A stretch of 64,000 nucleotides of DNA from a virus, in the IMG/VR virus record IMGVR_UViG_3300037470_000672, positions 1 through 64,000 of that record; one strand, written 5' to 3'. The first letter of the stretch is position 1. Each line of letters opens with the position of its first letter. Under the pieces are notes generated by a model, which saw only the letters and a program-made list of their open reading frames with translations, made no database searches and was not told the origin of the DNA. Both the position numbers and the translations under genes were made by a program. This document shows, one piece after another, positions 8,756 to 19,891 of the stretch.

Positions 8756-9883
8756 ATCCCCTCCGTTACTTGTAGGGTTTCCTGGTGACGTCCCAGATCT
8801 CTGCGCCCGAGAACCCCCGCTTGGTCAGCTCCGCGCGAAGAAGCGCCTCTGTTTCCTCTTTAGAAGAGCCCTCAACGGTCACGTCCCCGCTCGTATCGGG
8901 ACGGAACCGATCTCCGTCCAGGACGGTCGCGCCGATCCAGCAGGAGAAGCCCGGCAGACAGACGCGGCCGGCGTCGTGAACCTCACCTCTGGGCTCCCTC
9001 GTCATCCGGTACTTGTTGGCCATCACCCCTCCTGGTCGGGCAGAACCCACCCGGTAGTGGAATCGGAGAACCGAACACCGTGGTCGAACGAGACCTCGGT
9101 GAAGGTGATCTTCACCCTCCGCCCCTTGGGCGTGTCGAACGCCTGCCGCCCGAAGATGGGCGTGTCCTTGCGTCCCGTCTTTTCCACCTTGACGTAGAGG
9201 AACGCCCCGAACCGGGAACCAATGGCAGCGTTGACGCCCTTGCAGACGGGGCTCTTGCTCATGGCGCTCCTAGAAACACGGATCCCGATAGGCGCTCCGG
9301 CGGCCGAGCCACAGGCGATAGCCGTGGCGCATCGGACAGCCCTTCTCATGGTAACGCCCGTTCTTGCGGAGGGTGAAGGTCATCTTCCGGCCGTTGGGGT
9401 AGACCATGAAGATGTAGCGCTGGGACTCGCTGATCCCATTCTTGTCGGTGCGAATGGCGCGGTCCTCCTGAACCACGACCTCGCGACCGTTCCGCCGAAC
9501 CTCCACCACCGTCACGGGGAGGTGATCGGTCCAACAACAAACCGAGCCGGCGTCACCGACTGACGGTGCCAGCGGATCGGCAACGATCTCACTCGCAGTC
9601 ATGACACGGCCCGTTCTTCGGGGAGCAGATGAAACCACCGACCGGGCAGCGGTAGTAGCAGTAGGCGTCGTCCCGGGCGTAACTGCTGTGCCCGCCGCTG
9701 GCCACTGTGGCCAGGGCAGCGTCTGCGCCACGCCAGAGGACACGCCCCACGGTCTTCTGCTGCGTCTCGCCCGACTTCTTGCGCACCGTAACGGTGCGAC
9801 CCTCGACCGCCTCGTCGAGGGAAAGGCGTAGACCCCAATCACCGGTTTTGAGCTTCGTCCAGGTAGCCATGTCTCCTCCTTTT

Positions 9884-9938
9884 CAGGCATCCTTGCCTGA
9901 TGTGGTTCTATAATAGGAGATCACTTTAGGCTTGTCAA
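9884..9938 (-). promoter_or_regulatory. Sigma70-type promoter with hairpin leader
   Basis: TTGACA-17-TATTAT; AAAGTGATC in the spacer; hairpin CAGGCA-AGGA-TGCCTG, then AAAAGGAGGAG. Confidence 0.88.
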
Positions 9939-10964
9939 GCTCATGGTTGGAGAGATCTGATCTCTCCTGTGTTCCCTGTCACGCTGCTGCGGGCTGCTCG
10001 CCGATCAGCTCCTGCAAGACGGCGCAGATCTGATATCGGCGGAAATCGTTCTCTGGGATCTGAGGCGGCTCAGCGCGGAGAGCGGTGAGCAACTCCTCTC
10101 GGCGGCGCTCCCACAACCAGACGTAGAACGCGCTACCGGCGCAGTCTCCGTATTCCACCAAGAAGGTGAAAGCCTTCCTGGCGACCTCTGCGACGGACTT
10201 GCCCTTGATCGCAGTCTTGGCATACGTCTCGTAGCACTTCTCGGCGAAGGCCGGATCGGTCCAGAGGCGCGAGCCATTGCCGATCAGCTCGACCACCACC
10301 GAACGGTTGCTGGCCTTCTGGCAGTAGACGCGGAAGCTGTGGTGGTGACCGGAGAGCCTCTTGCGGATGGCGAATCCCTCGCACTCCTCCACCGCGTAGG
10401 AGGTGATCTCCGTGCGGACCGCCTCGTACGAGGCCAGAGTCAGCGTCTCCCCGGTGTCGTCCACCAGATCTCGGGGGAGGGTCGCGCTGTCCTGCCCCAG
10501 GCAGACGAGTCCAGAGATCAGCTCGGCGAAGCGGCTCTTGAACGCGGCTTCGCTCTGCTCAGTCAGCTCTATGGCTCGTAACCACGCCACTTTGCGACGG
10601 CGCTGTGCGTCCTGCACCTCTGCCCGAGCCTGGTCCTGACGCGCCTGGCACGCCACCTCGTCGAGACAGGTGACCTTCCAGACCTTGCGGTCGTAGTCCT
10701 CGACGCCGGGCGCCTCCTCATAGAACTCCCAAAAGAGGTGGCCCTCTCCCGGCTGGAGCGTGTGGAAGCACTTGTCGCAGTGCCCGACGCGGTTGTTCGT
10801 GCGCCCATTACCGGGAGTTGCGGTAGGGGGCTGTGGGGCTTGCGTGGAGCACGAGACGGGAACCCACTTACCCGCGCGCTTTTCGATCTCGGTGCCGGCG
10901 GGGTGCTTGGTCTGACAGGAGGGACAGAAGACGGGGTAGCGGCTCTGCATGTGGTCTCCTCCTT

Positions 10965-11018
10965 CAGGCGGGACCGCCTGATCTGTCATACCATAGGAGA
11001 TCACTTTTAACTTGTCAA
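10965..11018 (-). promoter_or_regulatory. Sigma70-type promoter with hairpin leader
   Basis: TTGACA-17-TATGGT; AAAAGTGATC in the spacer; hairpin CAGGCG-GTCC-CGCCTG, then AAGGAGGAG. Confidence 0.88.
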
Positions 11019-13183
11019 GCAGTACGCAGATCAACCACCCCGAAGATACTTCTTGATGTTCTCCACGAGCGGAGGAGGGAGGTTGTGCTGGTGGTCGAGA
11101 GCAGAGGCGAGAAGACGATGGCTAGCGGCGATCATTTTCCCCGCCTCCTTGGCCTTGTTTCTGGCCTTCTCTCGTTCTCCGCGCGCCTGTTCAATCTCTG
11201 CTTCTAGCCAGCAGATGCGCTCTTCCAGTTCTCGGGTATCAGCGCTCACGCAAACTCCCACTCGTAGGCCACCTCGTCACGGCCGGTCTTCTTCGGATCG
11301 AGCACTTCCCGCCCGAACCGACCGTTGAGCCCGAAGAACTGTTGCTCCCGGGTAGGACGGTAGGACCTGCGTTCGATGATACCGAGGCGTTCAGCCGCCC
11401 GGAGGGTTTGGCGGGCGTGGTCAACGTTGTCGGCCACCTCTTCGTAGGCCATGACAAGGTCTTGACCGTGGAACACCCATCCTGGCCAGCGACTGGTCCG
11501 GAGATTTCGCCAGGCTGTGCCGCCGTACACTTCCAGGATAAAATCGCCATCGCCGATCATTGGTGTGTTTTACTTTTCCGACGTTTATGGGCCTCTTGCC
11601 TGGCGACCCATATCCGGGTGTCGAAGACCTCACCCGCGGCCAAGCGCCGCGACTCGTCGACGAACTGTTGGAAGTCGTCGTCGGGCGCCTGGTCGTCGAA
11701 AAGCCACACCGCGTTGTCCACGGTGATGTCGAGCTGAACCTGGAGGCGCTCTACCTGATCGCGCAGCTCGCTTATCTGCATCAGCATCTCTGCTTCGTTC
11801 ATGCTGTCAGCGTCGTACAGCGGCATTACTTGTTGCCTTCCAGCTCGCGGATGGCTGCGTCGAGCGCTTGATCGAGGTGCACCTTTCCGAATTCGCAGCC
11901 CGGCCACGGCTGGTTGACATCGCGGATGAGCTGAGCCTGGAGGGCGCGAAGCTCCGACAGGTCGCGCTCACGCGCCGCTTTCTGGACGACGCGCCGAGAC
12001 GGCAACGGGCGGTCGCCGTCGATGGGGCGCAGGTCGGGGCTGGCGTACCAGACCCGCTTGCCGTTCTTCATCTCAATGAGCACGTCACACATGCCCGAGC
12101 CGAGGGGTTCCCAACGGACGACCGTTCCCTCCTGTCGGTGGTAGGGCGCCCGAACCATGCGCCCGACCATGGTGTTGTCGAGGGGGCCGGAGTACACGAT
12201 AAGCGCGGCGGTCACTTCGTTGGGGGTCACGCACTCTCCCTTTCCACCCTGGTCATATCCGCCCGGACCAACTCCCCGCGGAGGCTCTGGATCAACATGA
12301 ACAGGGCTTCCTTGGTCGCGTGCTCGAAACAGACTGTGAAGTCCTCCAGCGCTTCGTTCTGGCACCGGCCCAGGGACACCCCTCCGGCCTTGTGGCCGGG
12401 AACCAGCGGCCCCGAGCGGTTGACGTGCGTACACTGGGCCATCACGGATCGTCCTGGCACCAGCCACCGCAGTAGTGCGTGTGGTCGTCGTGCTCGACCA
12501 GGGCCAAGAACTGCGCCTCGGTGGTGCTGTTCTGGAGCATGCGACGCCAGGCCGCAGCAGCAGCCCCGAGGTCGTGACCGAAGCGCTTGTAGATCAGGCG
12601 CGCCAGATCGACGTGCTCGATGAACGTGAAGAGACTTCCATCGGTGGTGGTGATCATTTCGTCCTTGTCGTGCTGTGCGATCTGTCGCACGGCGTCATGG
12701 GAGAGAAATCCGGCAGCGTCACGCACAAGGCGCTCGCAAGCTTCCAACAGAGACAAAGAGCCGTTCATCCGATCCAACCCCTTTCCCGCCACACATCGGC
12801 AGGAGAGTCAGCGAAGCTGAGGTCGTAGAGCATGCTGACCACCTCACCCTCATCCACGTTTTCCAGCTCGATGTAGAAGTCGCCCTCATAGTCATCGGTG
12901 AGGTAGGTAACGATCACATCTGCCCCCAAGCCCCGAGACCGTAGAAGGCGACCTCGCCCTTCTCGGTCAGCTCCAGGGAGCTGGTACCCTCGCGGACGTA
13001 GCCGTCGAACATGAGCCCTTCCAACAACTCCTCCGTCGTTGAGGTCTCCTCGCAGAGGAGGCTCGCCAGCTCATCTACGTCCTCCACATCGTAGCCGGAG
13101 AGGACCGAGAGCACCTCGCGCTCAGCGTCGGAGAGGCTGGGGGTGCAGGCGTTGTAGACGGTGTTGTTCATCGGGGCTCCTCT

Positions 13184-13238
13184 TCGCCCATCCGTGGGCG
13201 ACTGAGAACAGTCTAAGGGACCACTTTTGGCTTGTCAA
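13184..13238 (-). promoter_or_regulatory. Sigma70-type promoter with hairpin leader
   Basis: TTGACA-17-TAGACT; AAAAGTGGTC in the spacer; hairpin TCGCCCA-CGGA-TGGGCGA, then AGAGGAG. Confidence 0.85.
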
Positions 13239-14208
13239 GGATCTGATCTGGGAGATCAGAACAGATCTACCGCCTGCATGGGTTCCGGGTCCAACGTTGG
13301 CTCGATGACGACTTCCACGTTGCTGGCGGCCGTCCAGTGGACGGTGTATTCGTCCACCTTGATGCCGATGCGGCGCTTGTAGGAGCGGGAGTAGCGATCC
13401 TCCCCGATCCAGCAAACCGTCCCCTCCATGCCCTTGGGTACCTTGCGCCCGCGCACCACACGGACGGTCTTGTCCTTCGCCACTGCGTGCTCCTCTACAG
13501 CAGCGGCATGAAGCACCTTTGCGAGGTCGAGGTTCTCTTGCAGGTCGCGCTCCTGCGCCAACTCGTCCGCCGACTGCACCAGCGGCGGAACGTGAACTTT
13601 ATCGCAGGGGTGCTGCGACCGGCGGCCCTCGTTCGACCCAGGCCAGCGCGGGCTCTCTCCTTGACAAGACGGGCAGGTACCGAACTCGTCGTAGCCACCG
13701 GTCAGTGAGTCCAGCGTAGACCAGGTGCAGACGGTGCCCGCGCCGTTGCAGCGCTCGCAGCCGCCCGTGTCCAGCCACTCCTGGTGGCGCTTCTGCCGCA
13801 GCTCCTCGTAGAAGACGGTCAGCAGCGACTGCGCCTGCTGGAGGTTGTCGAGCGCCGCCGCCACGGCGGGGACGGCGCTCATGCGCTTCTTTTCGTCGGC
13901 GGGGAGGATCATGACTGCACCTCCGCCGCCAGGACTGCGTCCTGGGCGTCATACCAGGACAGGCCCTGCGCCAGAACCTGACCGGACGCAGACACCGCCA
14001 CACGGCGGCCGTCCCCCCGGACGTAGGCCGTGAGGCCCACGACCTTGTCCCACGTGGGGTCGGGGAGCGTCCGGACGTTGTCCGGGTTTCCCCGGGCCAC
14101 GAATCGGCGCGTCTCGTCGCACGACGCGACCTCGATGAGGAGCGTAACGATTGCTCCTGCCGAGGCCAGCGCTGCTGTGAGGTTCTTGAGACCCATCTTC
14201 GCCTCCTT

Positions 14209-14261
14209 CAAGCACCCGTGCCTGATTTAGAGAGCATAAGATCACTTTTTGTATGCGTCAA
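14209..14261 (-). promoter_or_regulatory. Sigma70-type promoter with hairpin leader
   Basis: TTGACG-17-TATGCT; AAAAAGTGATC in the spacer; hairpin CAGGCA-CGGG-TGCTTG, then AAGGAG. Confidence 0.82.
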
Positions 14262-14296
14262 GTATGGATCGACAAAACCTGTACCTCCTGTGAAGA

Positions 14297-14325
14297 AAAC
14301 ACAAAAACCCCAATTTATTGGGGCT
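14297..14325 (-). terminator. Probable intrinsic terminator
   Basis: CCCCAAT/ATTGGGG stem followed by TTTTTGTGTTTT on the minus strand, downstream of 14383-15207. Confidence 0.7.
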
Positions 14326-14382
14326 TTGTTCGGATCTCTTAGAGATCAGATGAAGTGGACGGGTAGTTGATCTGGATGGGGT

Positions 14383-15207
14383 CTAGCCCTCGTCGATCTC
14401 TTTGTCCCGCTCCCACGCGAGCTTCGGCATCTTGGTCTTGGCAGCTTCTGACACCGGTTGGTTGGCCCCGATGACGGGTGCTGCGATGTCGTCGCTCATC
14501 TCGCTCTCGAACTGAGCCGCCTCTTCAGCACGAGCCTTGACCGCGTAGACACGGCGCATGATGCCCTGGATGCCGGCGAAGATGGACTTGGAGACCTGGT
14601 CGCGGAAGTCCAAACCGGCTGACACCAGCCCTTCGGCGTTCAACTCCTCGGGAGAAGGTCCCTGAGCGAGAGATTTCGCAGCCTCCCGCATCTTCCGGGA
14701 CGCCGTCGCGCCCAGCTCCAGCATGTGGGGCAGCGTCCGGGACATCATGTGGAGCTGGGTGAGGAGGGAGCTGCCAAGCTGCTGGTCGGTCATCCGACCG
14801 AGATTGGTCGGAGGTTTCTTGGCACCTCCTCTTCTCCTGGTTGGAATGTTGACAGACTTGGCGAATTCGTACAGTGCTTGACGGCCAGCGGCGAAGTCCT
14901 TGTAGGCGCTGTTCGACACTGTTTCCACTTTCTTTGCGACTCGCGGGATGGATACAGCGTGCGCCTTTTTGCGCTCGGCGATGGGCTCGTTCTGGATGCG
15001 CTGGGCCAGGTCGACCAGCTCTTGGGCTGCCGAGAGCATGTTGTCCCCCTGGCGGATGAAACTGCGCCAAGAGTTGGCGGCCTTCAGGAGGGCGTCCACT
15101 TTGGGTTCGGCGGCACGCTCTGCGAGAACATCCGGGTTGATCAGGTCGAAGCCATCCTCAACGAGGTCTGAAAATCCCGGCGCGGGGCGGTCTGAAGATC
15201 CTGGCAT
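14383..15207 (-). CDS. Hypothetical protein, 274 aa
   Basis: Long ORF with AGGAG SD and GC-rich codon usage. Confidence 0.75.
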   Translation of the reverse strand: MPGSSDRPAPGFSDLVEDGFDLINPDVLAERAAEPKVDALLKAANSWRSFIRQGDNMLSAAQELVDLAQRIQNEPIAERKKAHAVSIPRVAKKVETVSNSAYKDFAAGRQALYEFAKSVNIPTRRRGGAKKPPTNLGRMTDQQLGSSLLTQLHMMSRTLPHMLELGATASRKMREAAKSLAQGPSPEELNAEGLVSAGLDFRDQVSKSIFAGIQGIMRRVYAVKARAEEAAQFESEMSDDIAAPVIGANQPVSEAAKTKMPKLAWERDKEIDEG

Positions 15208-15240
15208 GATGTACTCCTACTTTTGGGGGACTGGGCTCTC

Positions 15241-15744
15241 CTAGAGAACAGAACGTGTGAGGTCTTTTTCCGTCCTACCCATGACCTGACCGGCGCGCTC
15301 TGCAAACACCCGAAGGATGTCTTGTGGGTGTAGACCGGTGGCGCTGCTGAGATGTTCTACCACGCGAGAGAAGCGCAGAGCAGGGAACTCTTCCTGAGAA
15401 AACATCACCACCTGAACAAGGTGGTAGGAAGAAGTGTTGCTGCTGGGTACAACCACACCCTCCTGCCAAGAGATTGGCCGATCTGGTTGGAGAACGGCGC
15501 ACAGGCGGGTGAAGTACACAAGCACGTCGCCCAGCTCTTGGTTCCTTGCCTGGATGAAGGCGTTGTTGTCGTCCATGCCGCGGGTCTTTTGGCGCCGCTT
15601 GCAGAGGACCCGAGCCAGCTCGCCCACCTCTTCAAGGACCCCTAGGCGGAGGACTTCTACTACGTCCTCGGGGGTTGGGGTGAGCGGGTCGTAGAACCGT
15701 TCTCCCCACAGCGCTAGCTCACGTTGGATGGAGGTGATGTTCAC
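15241..15744 (-). CDS. MazG-like nucleotide pyrophosphohydrolase
   Basis: LEEVGELA...ELGDVL acidic motifs of the all-alpha NTP-PPase family. Confidence 0.8.
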   Translation of the reverse strand: MNITSIQRELALWGERFYDPLTPTPEDVVEVLRLGVLEEVGELARVLCKRRQKTRGMDDNNAFIQARNQELGDVLVYFTRLCAVLQPDRPISWQEGVVVPSSNTSSYHLVQVVMFSQEEFPALRFSRVVEHLSSATGLHPQDILRVFAERAGQVMGRTEKDLTRSVL

Positions 15745-16393
15745 CTACTTCACCCGTTTGGCCTTCTGCATGAGCTTTTCAGCCTGCTTGAGGAAGGTCT
15801 TGGTGTAGTAGCTGTAGTCGTCGAGGGTGTAGACCCCTCCTGGTGCAGGCGGCGCAGAGTTGGGGCCTCCGGTGGACGGGAAGCGCGCCGTGACGGAACC
15901 GATCGCTTGGTGCCCACCGACCGTCTTGGTTGCGCGGATGGCAGAGATGTACTCCCCGGTCCCGAACAGATCGGCGTCCAGCTCCACCGAACCGAGGGAT
16001 GCGGATGCGCCGAGGTGCCTGAGGCTGGGAACGGTCTTCAGCCCGTGCGTCTTGAGGAAGACATCCGTGGCGCGCTTCATTTCGGCGCGCATAACGACCT
16101 TCACTGGCTCGCCGGTCCGCTGGTCTGCTACCTCGCGGACGCGCGGGGATTCGATCAGCTCTTGGGCTTCTTCGATGAGATCCTCAAACATCACACCCCT
16201 CGGGACCGGTCGTAGTCGGCGCCGACCTGGCGCTCGTACTCGCGCGCCTCTTGCTGCTCCGCCTCGGACGGGTACTCATCCTCCGGCGGGAGCGGAAGCG
16301 GCTCGTGGAGGAGCACCTCTTCCTCGTCTGTCAGCGGGGGCAGGTTGGCGAAGAACTCGTCGTTGGTCATGGGTGGGCACTCCGTTGGATCTT

Positions 16394-16422
16394 ATCCTAT
16401 CAGGTAGGAAAACGATTGTCAA
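16394..16422 (-). promoter_or_regulatory. Sigma70-type promoter
   Basis: TTGACA-17-TAGGAT. Confidence 0.7.
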
Positions 16423-16445
16423 GATCCTAGGAGGTTGGATCAGAT

Positions 16446-16469
16446 CAATCCGCCCGTACGGGCGGATTG
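16446..16469. repeat. Dispersed palindrome CAATCCGCCCGTACGGGCGGATTG, copy 2
   Basis: Perfect 24-bp palindrome, 18 nt past the stop of 16488-16928. Confidence 0.95.
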
Positions 16470-18360
16470 GGCACTCGGCTGTAGCCCTCAGCCGTTGATC
16501 TCGCGAGCTACGTTCATGGCCTGTACATGGAGGGACTGAGCATCTTTGTAGAGGGAGTCGAGGGTCTGCTTGGCGCCGGTGCCAGCGGGCAGGTGATTCC
16601 GAGCTGTGTCGAGGAACTCGTACGCCTGCCGCAGGTACATGACGGCGTTCGACAGGTTGGCGTGCGCCATGGAGGCCCGCCCCTGGTAGGGGTTGTTGAC
16701 GAGGTCGTCGCCTTCCCGGGCTCGGTAGGGCGGGGAGCCAGGTCCCCCCAGATTTTGGGTGCCTGTGTAGTAGGAGATCTCGTCTGTGGGGAGGGGCTCG
16801 TTGGCCAGCTCGACGTGCGGGTAGGGGGAGTAGAACGCGCTGGAGTCCTGCTCCTCCAACGAGGAAAACTCGTCCTCCTCTCCCAGGAGGTCCCGGCCGG
16901 CTTCAGTCAGTTCTTTCAGGTCGGTCATGAGGGTCTCCGTTCGGAGGAAGTGTATCCAAGAGCGCGTCAGCGGTTGAGGTCTTTCGCTGCCTGAAGAAGG
17001 TCGCCCAGCTCGGCCTTGATCAGATCGGCAGCCCGCTCCAAAGCGGCCAGGTCCATCGGCTGGTGCTGTAGGGCCTTGTTCCCTGCCGCAGCGTACAGCG
17101 CCAGGAAGTCCCTTGTACTCTTCAGAAGGGTACTCTGGTTGGGCTTTGAGCCGACACGGAACATAGCCTTGGGGTTGGTCGGTCCCCTTTCTGCCAGGTT
17201 CATCAGAGCATGTGCCTCTGTGATCAGATCGTCCAGCATGATGGGGCCTCAGTCGTCGTCTTCTTCGTCTTCTTCGTCATCATCCTCTTCTTCTTCGTCG
17301 TTCTTGCCGTTCTTCCCGTTCTCGTCCCCGTTCTTCTTCTCCTCGTCCCCCTCAACCAACTCGATCCCGAGGGCCGCGAGCATCACGCCGGTGTGCTCCA
17401 GCATCTGCGCGTCCCCGTGGCACAGGGCTTCGCAGTGCAGCTCCACCAGGCGCTGTGCTGTTTCGTCGAGGTCCCCGGTACCTTCCTGGAAAGAACTTGC
17501 CCCCTCTCCGTACTCCTCGGGCTTGTCGCCTGGTCCGGAGACGACAGGGGAGTCCTCGCGGTTCTTTCCCGCTTTCCCTTGAGGGAGCGGTGATGTGATG
17601 TCCTGCACGGACGAGGGTGGTGGGGGTACCGGTGTTTTGACGAGACCGGTGAGCATCTGAGCACGTTCGTCATCGAGAGGCATGGGAAGATCTCCGTTCT
17701 TTCGAGGATGGGGTATCAGTTCTTTTGAGGACGTTTGGTGTATCATTTCTTTCGGGGATGGGGGCGGGTGTGTCAGTTCTTGGGCGCCTTGGGCGCCTCT
17801 TTGACCTTACCGATCATGAGCTTGAGCCGCGCCGCGATGTCGATAAGGTTGTCTTGGGTGTTTCGCCCCTCACGCCAGAATTCGATCCGGGGCACGTCTT
17901 TGAGATCCAATCCCGCGCTGTAGAGGGCGTCCTCCATATTACGCACGCTTGATTGAAAGTCGTTGTAGTCCGACGCCAGCTTCTCCGCCTTCTTCTGGAG
18001 CTTTTCGCAGACGCGCACCACGTCGGTCTTCGTCACGGTCACCAGGTCGGGAGAGGCTCTTGCCAGCTCGGCGCCGTGCCTAAGACCCTCCTCTACAGAA
18101 GATACAGCCGCCACGCCTTCGGCGAGCGCCTCCAGGTGCGCTCTTGTGTTGTCCTTGAGTCCCATTGTTGTCTCCCTTTCCGGTAGGTCTTTACCAGGGA
18201 TAAGTCTTTACCCGGTATCTAATAGGTGGGTTGTGGATTGTCTAGGAATCTCGCGCTCTGGGGAAGGCACCCCCTGCCGTTGGAACGGAACAGATTTGCT
18301 CATCGGGAGAGAAGGGCCGGGTAGGGGTCGGCCTGCTGGGGTCGGCGCTGATCTTGTCGG

Positions 18361-18684
18361 TCACGGCGTCACCTCTCCGTTGCGAATGAACCCGTGCCAG
18401 CACTCGCTGCCGTCCGGCCTTGATCGGACAGCGATCGATGGTGACAGCGTAAGGTCGTCGACGGTCTCGCCGCTCTCGCGTCGCCAGGTACCGCCTTTTC
18501 GCGAGAGGCCCGAGCGAGCAGGCGTCGCGCCACCGATCGTGGGCTCGAAGGCGATAAGATTGACGTGACCGTCACCGCATGGGCACTCGAAAAACACCGC
18601 GTTGGCTGTTGCGCTTTCACGGGCGATGTTGCCGTTTTCGATGATCTGCACCAAATCACCATCGAGGTCTCGGAGTCGGGTCAT
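18361..18684 (-). CDS. DUF6527-like protein
   Basis: FFECPCGDGH...TLSPSIAV...CWHGFIRNGEV pattern. Confidence 0.65.
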   Translation of the reverse strand: MTRLRDLDGDLVQIIENGNIARESATANAVFFECPCGDGHVNLIAFEPTIGGATPARSGLSRKGGTWRRESGETVDDLTLSPSIAVRSRPDGSECWHGFIRNGEVTP

Positions 18685-19122
18685 GGTCCAGTCTCCCCGG
18701 CGGCAAGGAGGGCACGCGCCCTGGCGCGCTCGCGGTCCATATACTCCCCTCGGCGCGTGCCCTCGTCGCCGAGGCTCCCCTCCGCCAGCCACACCGAGCA
18801 ATAGCCGACGCCGCGCAGCTCGGCGGTCTCGTCGGGGAGCCGCGCATGGCGCGACGCTATGGGGGCTGTGGCGATATACCCGACTGGCCAACCCCGTACG
18901 TAGCGCACGATCGGCGCGTACAGGCTCGGAGGGGCGGCAGAGGTACAGGGCGTCATTACTCTTCCTCCTCCCCCTAGGTTGAAAGGGTGTCGTTGAGGGT
19001 GGGGTCGGAAAAAATCTTGCCACATGCGGGCGGATTTTTGTACTGGTACGTATAGCCTATGTATATGAAATATATGAGGTTTATGGTTTGAGTTGCTCTC
19101 GCTCGATCTCTGTATGCGTGCG

Positions 19123-19851
19123 TCAGTACATTCCTGGTAAAACCATCCGAAGCTGAGAGAAGGCTTCCCGATCGAGCTTCTTCTGGGCGAGAAACCTGAC
19201 CCGGTCTGCCAGGTCACGGCGCAGGTTGTGTACGGAGTCGGGGGAGTAACCAAGCGCGTCTTCGATGGTGCTGAGGGCTCTGGCGGCCTGGGCGAGCTTC
19301 GCGCCGCCCAACTTCTCCGCCACCACTGCCAGAGATTCGTTGTGCTGGTTGCTGTCCTTGAGCGCCTGGAGCTGCTTGGTCAGGCCGTTCATGGACAGAG
19401 CTTCGTCCAGTACCCTCGGATTGAGGGCCGTCACCTGTGGGGCAGGATCTTCCTGGGAGGACGGCGCGACTTCACCACCCCTCCCCAAGTTGAGGGCCTC
19501 TGTGAGGGGGTCCTGTTCTTTGGGCGCTGGCGCGCTGTGTACACGCGGCACGCTTGGTGTGTGAGAGGGGGCTCTCTCGTGCAGCCCTTGGAAAATGGGG
19601 TCCATGTTGGGCGGCACGGGTGCTTTTGGAATCTGCCCCTCCCACGGCTCCGGCTGCTGCGCCTCGTAGAGGGGTCGGGCGCCCGTGTGTACCGCGCCCG
19701 TACGTACGGACGGTTGGGTGACCCCGTGGGAGGAGGGGTTGGAGGTTGGATCGTGAATGGAGGGCGCCAAATGGCTGGAGCTGAGGGTGCGGCCGAGCAG
19801 CCGGCGCTGTTCGGCCATCCAGTTGGGGTCGCGGGGGTCGTATGCGGACAT
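19123..19851 (-). CDS. Hypothetical protein, Pro-rich N-terminal half
   Basis: 242-aa ORF with GAGGAG SD. Confidence 0.7.
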   Translation of the reverse strand: MSAYDPRDPNWMAEQRRLLGRTLSSSHLAPSIHDPTSNPSSHGVTQPSVRTGAVHTGARPLYEAQQPEPWEGQIPKAPVPPNMDPIFQGLHERAPSHTPSVPRVHSAPAPKEQDPLTEALNLGRGGEVAPSSQEDPAPQVTALNPRVLDEALSMNGLTKQLQALKDSNQHNESLAVVAEKLGGAKLAQAARALSTIEDALGYSPDSVHNLRRDLADRVRFLAQKKLDREAFSQLRMVLPGMY

Positions 19852-19891
19852 GAGGGGGTGACTCCTCTACTTTTCCCGATTTGGGTTTGGT

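Larger units (their letters stand above)
6540..14196 (-). other. Tightly packed run of about 20 small hypothetical phage ORFs (early or host-takeover-like region) served by five similar promoters
   Basis: Abutting or overlapping minus-strand ORFs such as 6540-6917, 6914-7285, 7777-8043, 8040-8369, 9589-9870, 9979-10950, 11031-11261, 12914-13171, 13256-13912 and 13909-14196; many have GGAG SDs. Confidence 0.75.
15745..18165 (-). other. Five hypothetical ORFs (15745-16194, 16488-16928, 16967-17239, 17249-17746 with a very acidic tail, 17773-18165)
   Basis: Colinear minus-strand ORFs with plausible composition; no family recognised. Confidence 0.65.

Noticed and set aside
18369-18662. 97-aa ORF from the track
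   Set aside because: Wrong frame; the DUF6527-like motifs are in the frame ending at 18361
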